Part shown: positions 37,940 through 48,215 of the stretch, piece by piece
Position numbering within the stretch: position 1 is the first letter of the stretch
How the letters are laid out: each line of letters begins with the position of its first letter
DNA from: Gracilinanus agilis
Lineage: Eukaryota
Direction of reading: 5' to 3'
DNA: 64,000 nucleotides
Assembly: GCF_016433145.1 (NCBI RefSeq)
Contig: NC_058133.1
Span: forward strand, 256,915,560 to 256,979,559
Program-made: the position numbers and the translations under genes
Notes under the pieces: model-generated
Told to the model about the DNA's origin: nothing
What the model saw: only the letters and a program-made list of their open reading frames with translations
The model's database searches: none

Positions 37940-38345
37940 GTCAGCAGAGGAGCCGGGGCTTCGGCCAAGGTCAGGAGATAAGCGGTCGGGTGTGCGAGGG
38001 ACCGGTGACAGCGAGTGAGACCCCCTTGCAAAGGCGGCCGAGGGCGCGGCCCGGACGTCTGGACCCCGCTCGCAGCGCCCCCTCCGGAGTCCCCGGGTCG
38101 GGATTTGGAACACTGCCGGAGGCCGAAGCCGAGGAGACGACTCCGGAAGCAGCTGTGGCCCGGGAAAGGGGTGGGGGGAGGGGAAGCTGAAGGGCGGGTA
38201 CTCAAAGCGGGGGCGGAGCCGGGGCCGACGTCCCGCCTCTCTCTCGCTACGCCATTCGGACCCTCCCAGGCCGTAAGTCAGGCCACTTTCTTTGACTCGA
38301 CTGACTCCTCATCATTATGGCGGATGGTGACTTCTGGGCCTCTGT
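37940..38345 (-). promoter_or_regulatory. C6orf47: CpG-island promoter of C6orf47
   Basis: CpG-dense, with GC boxes (GGGGCGGAG), ETS CCGGAAG, YY1-like ATGGCGG (~38317) and a CTCF-like CAGCGCCCCCTCCGGAG (38073-38089). Confidence 0.8.
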
Positions 38346-38754
38346 AACCTGCACCTCTCTCTTCTGCTTCCCTCTTCTCCTCAACTCAGTGGCTCTGCAC
38401 TAGCTCTACCATTCCGCTATGGGGTAGGAAGTACCCAAAGAAGGAGAGTGGGGCCCAGAATTGGGATGGAACCCGGAGCAGAGGTTCTCAGATCCGTGGA
38501 GATTTCAAGAAGTCCTTGTATTTTTTCTGTATATTGATAACTATTTCAATATAATTTATTCTGGATTCTTCTGCATTTTAAATTATTCTGAGGAGCACAT
38601 AGGCTTCACCATACTACCAAAGGGATCCACGACAAAAACAAAGAAAGTTAAAAATCTTTCAAGAAGAACTTCAGCATAATCCTTAACTCCCTTTCTTTCC
38701 TTTTCCCCAGAGGCTTTCATAATCTTCCCATCTCCATCCCCTATCACATCTTCC

Positions 38755-38938
38755 TTTTCTTAACCCTTACTATCTGCCTTATCCATTCCAAGACTGAAGA
38801 GTAGTAAGTGCTAGGCAACTGGAATGAAGTGACTTGCTCAGTCACATATCTAGGAAGTATCTGAAGTTACATTCGAACCCAGGACCTCCCATCTCCAGGC
38901 CAGGCTCTCCTTCCACTGAGCCACACTAGCTGCCCCAC
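38755..38938 (-). mobile_element. Diverged SINE1-like SINE
   Basis: CCCTTAC...AAGTGACTTGC...TTCGAACCCAGGACCTCC...CTAGCTGCCCC. Confidence 0.8.
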
Positions 38939-39368
38939 CCCTATTATATTTTGCTTTATGAGCCCCACATACACACAATAAACATTCTATTGATCCCCAA
39001 ATGATCTCCATTCATTCAGTCCTGCCCAATATTGAATCCTTCCAATTCTGGTGCTATCATCTCTCCCTCCCAGCTGCTTTTCAGTGCTCATCCCAACCTA
39101 TCCCTTCTCCAATCCAGGTTCAGTTCATTACTCTCAAGTCAATAAAGTCCTGTCTCAGCAGAAAATGATTCTGATTAATCGCTAGAACTAGAGAGAGTTC
39201 TAGAAGATATGGCCAATAGCTCCCTCTACTCAACTACTCAATATATCAAAGTCATTTTACCTCTTCATCCATACTCTTACTGCCTTCATCCCATACCCTT
39301 CCCATTGTCAAGGCCAATGTTTTGTCTCTAAATGTATATGCTCCTTTTTCCTTCAAGAGTTTGCCTAA

Positions 39369-40030
39369 AAAGTTGGGAAACTAATGCATTGCTGGTGGAG
39401 TTGTGAATTGATCCAACCATCTTGGAGGGCAATTTGGAATCATGCCCAAAAGGCTTTAAAAGAATGCATATCCTTTGATCCAGCCAAACCATTGTTGGGT
39501 TTATATCCCAAAGAGATAGAAAAAACTGGGCAAGGACCTATTTGTACAAAAATATTTATAGCTGTGCTTTTTGTGGTAGCAGAAAATTGGAAAATGAAGA
39601 GATGTCCTTCAATTGGGGAATGGCTGAACAAATTTTGTTATACATTGGTGATGGAATACTATTGTGCTATAAGGAAAAATTAACTGCTTGATTTCTATAA
39701 GAACTAGAAAGACCTCCATGAACTGATTCGGTGTAAAATAAGTAGAACCAGGAGAACATTATACACAGTAACTGAAATATTGTGGAACAATCAAATGAGA
39801 TTGACTTTGCTATTAAAAGCAACACAATGATCCAGGACAATCCTGAGGGACTTATGAAAGAGAAAGAACTGTGGGAGTAGAAATCCAGAAGAAAACATAT
39901 GATTTATCACTTGTTTACATGGGTATATGATTTGGGGGTTTGGTTTTAAAAGATTACTCTATTACAAAAATAAATAATATGGAAATAGAATTTGAGTGAT
40001 AATATATGTATTACCTAAGGAAAAAAAAAT
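39369..40030 (+). mobile_element. 5'-truncated L1 (ORF2 C-terminus plus 3' UTR)
   Basis: Frame HCWWSCELIQPSWRAIW...CTKIFIAVLFVVAENWK..CPSIGEWLNK is the L1 ORF2 Cys-rich C-terminus; poly-A tail; TSD GTTTGCCTAA (39359-39368 / 40031-40040). Confidence 0.92.
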
Positions 40031-40041
40031 GTTTGCCTAAG

Positions 40042-40232
40042 TCTCAGCAACTAGGTGATTCTATAAAGAGTCAGGGCTGGAGATAGGAGGTCCTGAGTTC
40101 AAATGTGACCTCAGATACTTCCTGTTTATTTAACCCTAGGAAAGTCTCTTAACTTCAACTGCCTAATCCTTATGGATCTCCTGCCTTAGAACCAATATGG
40201 ATTCTAAGAAAGAAGGTAAGAGTTTAAAAAAA
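40042..40232 (+). mobile_element. Diverged SINE
   Basis: GGAGGTCCTGAGTTCAAATGTGACCTCAGATAC body, AAGGTAAGAGTTTAAAAAAA tail. Confidence 0.8.
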
Positions 40233-41104
40233 TGTTTGCCCAAGTGATCATTCCTACTCCCTCAACCTATTGATTCTTTTCTCACATCTATAAATTGTTC
40301 AGATTTACTCATGCTTAAAAAAATCTTCACTTGACCCTGTTATCCCCTATATTACTTCTTCCTGTTTCTAAACTCTTAGAATCACTAATGTTCACAGTTC
40401 ATGAGAGTCAGACAAATGGCCCAGATCCACAAGTAGAGGACAATGAGAGTCAGAAAGGCCTTACCTTCCATTTTAAAATCAATACTAAATATGGGAGTAA
40501 TTATATCTACTCACTGCTTAATCCCTTTCAATCTACTTCATAATTCTACCACCTGACTGAAATGTCTTTCTCCAAGATTATTAATGATCTTAAAATTTTT
40601 TTATTTTAATTTATATCTTTTGTTCTTATAAATCTTCACTTTCAGATATATTCCTCCCCACCCAAACCTTTGCAACAAAGACTTTTGAGGCAGAGAGAAA
40701 CAAGTAGTTCAGCAAAAACTAACCAAAATAATTGACCATGTTTGTTAGTATATGCCATACTCTACACCTCTAGTTTCTCAATTCATTAAACATTTAAAAA
40801 ATTCATTAAACAAAAGGAGGGATTGACATTTTCTCACTTCTTCTCTGGACCAACCTTGACCATTATAATTTCACAATATTCAATTTTAGTTTATTCTGTC
40901 TACTTATATTATTTAGTCATATATGAAATTTTCCCATTTCTACTTTTGTATGTTTGGAATTGGGGAGATGCCATTTAAAAGTATGTTACAAATTTCCTAT
41001 GGACACGTGGGGACTGTGAGACTACATTTCCCGTGATTCCAATGGGTTTCTGGTTTTGGGGAGTTTTTTTTTGGGGGGGGGGCCAAGGGAAGACTGCATT
41101 TTCT

Positions 41105-41310
41105 TTCTTTTTTTCTTTTTTAAACCCTTACCTTCCATCTCAAAATCAATACTAAATATTGGTTCCAAGGCAAAGGAGTGATAAGGACTATCAAAACAGA
41201 AGTTAAACTACAGGGTCACACAGCTAAGAATCTGAGGTCAAATTTGAACCCAAGGACTTCTCATCTTTAGGTCTGGTTCTCTATCCACTGAGCCACCTAG
41301 CTGTCCTTCT
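41105..41310 (-). mobile_element. SINE1-like SINE
   Basis: TTTAAACCCTTACCTTCCATC...GAGCCACCTAGCTG. Confidence 0.8.
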
Positions 41311-41553
41311 GCATTTTCTTTTGCAATATGACTAATATGGAAATGTTTTGAATGACTACACATATATAATCTATAGCAAATTTCTTACCTTCTCAAGGAG
41401 GGGTGAGGGGAAGAAGGGAGGAAGAGATTATGGAACTCAAGATTTTTAAAGAAAAGAATGATAAAAAATGATTTTTGTTTACATATAAGTGAGAAAAATA
41501 AAATAAAGGGGGACACCTGAGAGCCAGGCTTAGAGACTGGAGGTCCTAGGTTC

Positions 41554-42366
41554 TGTGGAAAATATATGTAAAGTAATGCGGTCACCAGGGATATTATAAA
41601 TAAACTAAGTGGTTTGTGGGAACACACACACTGGGATTTATGAGAGACTGAACCAGGATGGAAAGACCAGAGTTTACTGGATTCCCACAGGAATGGCAGT
41701 TGATCTTAACTGTCACTCAGCTTCCCCTAGGCCAGAGTCTAGAAACAGGCTGACAAGGTAAAAGGGACTTAACAGCTTTAATTATGTTTGACTAAAAGGT
41801 GGGAAAGAGATTTCTATACTTAAAATCTAAAGGATAAAACCACAGGGCAATGGGAGGACTTATTCAACTCTTATCTAAGTGATCTAAACTAACAGGGCCC
41901 AAGGAGCTGTAAATGGAGTCTCTGGGTGACTGCCTCAGACCTGGAACCTGCCAGGCTTGAGTACAGCTAGGGGCTTTGTGGCTTTGGGATTCTCACTGCA
42001 ATCCACTGATGATCTCTAGATACCAGGAGCTAAGGTTGTCTCAGGAACCAAGTAGGAAGGGATTGCTTGAAATGTTGTCCACCAGATCTCAAACTTCTCC
42101 TCCTCCCTTGGCTCTGTAGATCTTGTCCTCTTTGCTAGATGCCACACCACACAGGATCCCAGGGAAAATCAGGATGCAAGATGTCCTTTTACTCTGAGTG
42201 CTCCCAGGGCTAACCACAGTTTGTGTTAACCCCTAATGGAGTCCTTCTCAGAGCCAAGTCACCTCTTCCTGCTCCTTCATTCCAACCTGGAATTCCCAGC
42301 TCCAGCTCCTTCCTGCTATGTACACCTAATACCTAATCAATACCTAATCTAATCTTCCTCACAACA
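41554..42366 (-). mobile_element. Solo LTR (813 bp, ERV1-like) inserted into a SINE
   Basis: TG...CA termini and 4-bp TSD GTTC (41550-41553 / 42367-42370). It splits a SINE B-box (GGTCCTAGGTTC|AAATCTGGCC). Orientation is tentative, based on an AGTAAA signal on - strand. Confidence 0.8.
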
Positions 42367-42509
42367 GTTCAAATCTGGCCTCAGACACTTCCTAGCTTTG
42401 ACCCTGGGCAAGTCACTTAACCCCCATTGCCTAGCCCTTACCATTCTTCTGCCTTGGAGCCAATACACAGTATTGACTTCAAGATGGAAGGTAAAGGTTT
42501 AAAAAAATT

Positions 42510-44270
42510 TTTATACATATGAAATCATGCAAAACAAATTTCCATATTAGCCCTATTTAAAAAAAAAAAACCAAGAAAAATAACATAAAAAATCATACTT
42601 CAGTTTTCACTCAGGTCATCAGTACTCTGGAGATAGCATTTTTTCATCATGAGTCCTTTAGATTTGTCTTGGATCTGGGGGGCAGCTGGGTGGCTCAGTA
42701 GATTGAGAGCCAGGCCCAGAGATGGGAGGTCCTGGGTTCAAATTTGACCTCAGATACTTCCTAGCTGTGTGACTCTGGGCAAGTCACTTAACCCCTATTG
42801 CCTAACCTTTACTGCTCTTCTGCCTTAGAACCAATACACAGTATTGATTTTAAGATGAAAGGTAAGGGTTTTTAAATAATAATAATAGTCTTAGATCATT
42901 GTATTGATCAAAATAACAAGTCTTTCACAATTGATCATTATTGCAACTTTGCTTTCCCCCTGCACAATGATTTCCCAGTTCTTCACTTCGAATCAGTTTA
43001 TATAGGTCTCACCATATTTTCCTGAAACAACCCCCCCCATCATTTCTTATAGCCTAAAAGTACTTCATCACAATCACATGCCTCAGTTTGTTCAGCCATC
43101 TCCCAATTGATGAGCATCCCCTCATTTTCCAATTCTTTGGCACCATAAAAAGAGTTGCTATTAAAAAAAAAAAAGAGTTGCTATAAATATATTTTTGTAC
43201 ATATAGGTTCTTTTCATTTGTCTTTGATCTCTTTTGGATACAGACCTAGTAGTAGTATTGCTGGGTCAAAGGATATGCACAGATTTATAGCCCTTTGAGT
43301 ATAGTTCAAATTATTCTCCAGAATGGTTGGACCAGTTCACTATTCTACCAACAGTTTATTAGTGTACATATTTTTCTCTCATCCCCTCCAGCATTTGTCA
43401 TTTTGGATAAATGTGAGATGGTACCTCACGTTTTAATGTTTTAATCTGCATTTCTCTAATCAATGGTGATTTAAAACATGTTTTCATGTGACTATTGATA
43501 GCTTTGATTTCTGCATCTGAAAATTGCCTGTTTATTATATTGAACCATTTATTAATTGATGAATGACTCTTATTTTTTTTTTTAAACCCTTGTACTTCGG
43601 TGTATTGTCTCATAGGTGGAAGATTGGTAAGGGTGGGCAATGGGGGTCAAGTGACTTGCCCAGGGTCACACAGCTGGGAAGTGGCTGAGGCCAGGTTTGA
43701 ACCTAGGACCTCCTGTCTCTAGGCCTGACTCTCACTCCACTGAGCTACCCAGCTGCCCCTCTTATTTTTATAAATATTACTCAGTTTTATATTCAATATA
43801 TATTTGAGAAATGAGGACTTCATCAGAGAAATTTGCCATAAAAATTATAGATATTGCCTCATTGTCTATGGTACCTTTTAGCAAAATATCATTTCCCCGA
43901 TTATCTCTTTTAATTAGGTTCCTTTTTGCTTTTGCTTTGTTTGAGATCATGATTTCTACCCCTGTATTTTTTACTTCAGCTGAAGCATATTAGGTTCTGC
44001 TCCAGCCCTTTATTTTAACTCTGCGTGTATATGTCTCTCATAAGCAACATATCACTGGATTCTGGTTTCTAATCCATTCTGCCATCTGCTTTTGTTTTAT
44101 GAGCTCCTCTCATTCACAATCACAGTTTGTATTATTGTATTGTATTATGTGTATTTCCCTTCATCCCATTATCTCTGTTTCTTTTTCTCTCTCTTTTTAT
44201 TCTATCCCTCCTCAAAAAATCTATTTTGGTTTCTAACTAATCACTGCCTCCCTCCTTTTTGATCATCATC
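42510..44270 (-). mobile_element. L1 3' region, interrupted by SINEs at 42677-42885 (+) and 43578-43759 (-)
   Basis: Antisense L1 ORF2 C-terminus/3' UTR motifs (GCTGGGTCAAAGG, GTGAGATGGTACCTCA). The inner SINE has TSD TCTTATTTTT (43568-43577 / 43760-43769). Confidence 0.8.
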
Positions 44271-44949
44271 CCCGATCCCAAATCACACCAGTTTCCTCTT
44301 CATGGTAAAAGCTCTTCCTTTCAGGCCTCTAGATTCCTTTATAAAAGCTCATTGGACTCTTAAGTAGTTAAATGGAGTTGGGGGTACCAGAAACCCCTAA
44401 GATTGAAGGAACACAATTGGTGGGGACTTGAGCCAATGGCAAAGACTAGACACCCCCCCCCAACCCCTTTAGGATGCTGGAAAACCCTGGGGTAAGGATA
44501 AAATTTAATATACTCGGCCTTTGGGCAGAGAAAAATCAGAGCAGGCACGGTTACAGTGGGATTTGGGGCTTTTCACATATATCCCTTGAATAATAGATAA
44601 TATATTTAACGTGTTACTCTAAAGATGTCCTGATTGGTCGTATTTCCTATGTGTGCTTTTAAAAATCCTTCAATAACTCTCTTTTTTTCCTTTCCTCCCC
44701 CTATCCCATCACCAAACTGAGAAGTGGGCAGGGATTTAAAACAACAACAACAAAAAACATTTAAAGCAAAAACAAATCTGTAAATAGGCCATGCTCAAAA
44801 TATATATTTCATTGTACATCTTGAGTCTATTATTTCTCTGTCAGGGATCTGGCTTCATTATTTATCCTTTGGAACTATCCTTAATCATTTCATTATTCAG
44901 AGATCTTAAGTCTTTTTCAAAATTGTTTTTCTATTAAAAGTTGTTATTG

Positions 44950-45600
44950 CCAGCCAGCATTTATTTAGCACCTACTACGTGTCTGGCATTGTGCCAGGGG
45001 TACAAAGAAAGACAAAAATATTCCCTGTTCTCCAAGAATTCACATTCTAAAAGAGGAGGTAATATGTAACTGGCCTGATACAAGATATAAAGATTAGATG
45101 AAAGGTAGTCTTAGAAGGCTCTGTTGCTGGACAAGCTGGGAAAGACCTCATGTAGAAAGTAAGATTTGAACTAAGACTTGAAGGAATCTAGGGAGACTGA
45201 CTGGCAGAGGTGAGGGAAAAGAGCATTTCAGACATGGTGGTGCAAGGGTGCAGGGGGTGAGGGGATTCCAGAGACATGTTGAAGCCATCTAGTGAGATTC
45301 AACTGCTAAAATTCAGTGTAAGCATTTATGCCTCAGAAACTGACAAACACAAGTCAAGGATTGATTTATTGTTTTGTTCATTGTCTAGACTTAAGAAAGT
45401 GATGGAGAAAATATTAATCATGCAGATTGTACTTAAAAGTGTATTGTGTATACATTTTTTCCCCAGACTTGGTTATTAAACATGTACAAGCATAGCCCTT
45501 TGGGAGATGGAATCATGTGCAAGGAACAGCAAGAAGGTCAGTGTAGCTGGATCTTAGAGTATGTGAAAGGTAGAAAGGTGAGGAGACAAGTTAATACAAG
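44950..45600 (+). mobile_element. L2-like fragments
   Basis: CATTTATTTAGCACCTACTACGTG...GGCATTGTGC L2-type motif and downstream purine-rich L2-like sequence; orientation tentative. Confidence 0.55.
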
Positions 45601-46139
45601 TTTGTTATCACTTTGTCTAGTTCTATACAAAGTCTCCCCTTGTTAGTTTAATTAGTATAGCACCAAGTTTGGAAGTTAATTTGGGTAGTATTGCATTTTT
45701 ATTACATCATGGAACTCAGCCATGAAAAATGAGTATGTCTTCAATTATTAAATTGAGCTTTATGCTTTAAGTATTGCTTATAATTGCATTCGTAGCTCTT
45801 TGTAGACAGATATTTCATGCATTTTGTAATTGTTTTGGAAGGATTTGCCTTTCTATTACTTTTTTTTTTAACTCTTACCTTCCATCTTAGAATAAATGTT
45901 GTATATTGGTTCTAAGGCAGAAGAGCAGTAAGGATTAGGCAATGGGGGTTAAGTGACTTTCCTAAAGTTACATGACTAGGAAGTGTCTGAGGCCAAATTT
46001 GAATCCAGGACTATTTCTCTCTCTAGACCTGGATCTCTTTCCATTGGCTGCCCTGTAGCATCTTAATAAATGTTGATTGATTGATTGACACATTCAGAAG
46101 TAGTGTAGTGGATGAATCACTGGATCTAGATTAGGAAAT

Positions 46140-46382
46140 TGTTGGTCAGTTGCATACAACTCTCTGTGACCCCATTTGAGGTTTTCTTGGCTAAGATACT
46201 AGAGTGGTTTGCCATTTCCTCCTCCAGCTCATTTTATAGATGAGGAAACTGAGGCAAACAAGTTTAAGTGACTTGTCCAGTTTCACACAGCTAGTAATTA
46301 TCTGAGACTAGATTTGAACTCAGGAAGCTATCTTCCCGATGTCAAGTCTGGCACTCTATCCATTGCAGCACCTAACTGGCCC
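46140..46382 (-). mobile_element. MAR1-type SINE nested in MIR
   Basis: CTCTGTGACCCCATTTGAGGTTTTCTTGGC...GATGAGGAAACTGAGGCAAAC...GATTTGAACTCAGG. Confidence 0.8.
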
Positions 46383-46658
46383 TGCTCAGGAAAACCTGAG
46401 TTCAAATCTAGATTTGGACACTTCCTAGTTGGATAACATAACAATGAAAATAATAGTACCTATATCCAAGGGCTATTGTGAGGATCAAATGAGATTACAT
46501 TTTTTAAGTGCTTTCCATGTAACCATGGAAAAATGTTCTTAATTAATTAATGAAAAATAAACAAACAAATAAATAAATAAAAGAAAGGTTAAGTAATAAA
46601 GAAAACAAACAAACAATGGAAAGACCTACATGAAATTATGAAGAGCAAAACAAGAAGA

Positions 46659-48215
46659 GCAGCTATAAATATTTTTATACAAGTATGTCCTTCCTCCACC
46701 ACCACCCCCTTTTTTTTTTCTCTTTGGGATACAGATCCAATAAGTGGTATTACTGGATCAAAGGGTATACACAATTTTATAGTTCAGAACTATTTGGGCA
46801 TAGTTTCAAATTGCCCTCCAGAATGTGAATCAGTTCACAACTCTACCAACAATGCATCAGTGTCCCAATTTTGCCACATCCCCTCCAACATTTACCACTT
46901 TCCTTTACTGCCATATTGACCAATTTGATAGGTATGAGGTGATACCTCAGCATTATTTTAAGTTGTATTCCTCTAATGAAGAGCAATTTAGAACATTTTT
47001 TCATATGATTATTGATGGCTTTTATTTCTTCATCTGAAAATTGCTTGTTCTTATCCCTTAACCATTTGTCAATTGGGAAATGGCTTGTATTCTTGTAAAT
47101 TTGACTTAGTCCTCTATAAGTTTGAGAAATTAGACCTTTATCGGAGACATTTGTTATAAACATTTTCCCCCAATTTGTTGTTTACCTTCTAATCTTTGTT
47201 ACATTAGTTTTGTTGTACAAAAGCTTTTAATTTAATGTAATCAAAATTATTTATTTTATATTTTACAATACTCTATCTCTTGTTTGGTTATAAATTCTGT
47301 GTTCCTCTAATTTAGTTATGGTATCACTCTTTATATCTAAATCATATATCCATTTTGTGTGTGTGTGTGTGTGTGTGTTTTTTTAAACCCTTGTACTTTG
47401 GTGTATTGTCTCATAGGTGGAAGAGTGGTAAGGGTGGGCAATGGGGGTCAAGTGACTTGCCCAGGGTCACACAGCTGGAAGTGGCTGAGGCCGGGTTTGA
47501 ACCTAGGACCTCCTGTCTCTAGGCCTGACTCTCACTCCACTGAGCTACCCAGCTGCCCCTTCATATATCCATTTTGACCTTATCTTGGTATAGTGTGTGA
47601 GATATCAGTCTATGCCTAGTTTCTGCCATGCTGTTTTCCAATTTTCCCAGCAGTTTTTGTTAAATAGTAAGTTCTTATTCCAAAAGCTGGGATCTTTGGG
47701 TTTATTAAACACTAAGTTGCTAAGGTAATTTACCCCTGTATATTATGTATCTAATTTATTCCATTGATCTACCGTTCTATTTCTTAGCTAGTACTTAGAA
47801 TGCTTTGATGATTGCTACTTTATAGTATAGTTTTAGATTTGGTACTGCTAGGCCTCCTTCCTTCACATTTTTTTCATTAGTTCCCTCGATATTCTGGACA
47901 TTTTGTTCTTCCAGATAAATTTTGTTATTATCTTTTCTATTTCTATAAAATAATTATTTGATAGTTTGATTAGTATGGCACTGAATAAATAAATTAATGG
48001 GTAGAATTTTCATTTTTATTATATTAGCTTAGCCTACCCAATTTTTCCAATTATTTAGATCTGATTTTATTTGTGTGAAAAGTATTTTGTAATTGTGTTC
48101 ATATAATTCCTGTGTTTGCCTTGGCAAGTAGATTCCCAGGTATTGTATATTGTTTAGGGTGATTTAATGTGGAATTTTCTCTTTCTAACTCTTGTTGCTG
48201 GACTTTGTTGGCAAT
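46659..48215 (-). mobile_element. L1 ORF2 3' fragment with young SINE at 47358-47559
   Basis: Minus frame ...NVSDKGLISQTYRGLSQIYK...LRYHLIPIKL...CWRGCGKIGTLMHCW. SINE TSD TCATATATCCATTTTG (47342-47357 / 47561-47576) with a (GT)n tail. Confidence 0.88.

Noticed and set aside
38281-38385. Minus-strand EEKREAEERG... frame as a GPANK1 C-terminal remnant
   Set aside because: Preceded by an in-frame stop, lacks G-patch/ankyrin motifs and the RTYMNLEF end; explained as purine-rich promoter sequence.
44275-44570. Possible terminal inverted repeats (CCCAAATC.../...GGGATTTGGG) of a MITE
   Set aside because: Only ~12/16 match, no TSD; more likely an LTR fragment.
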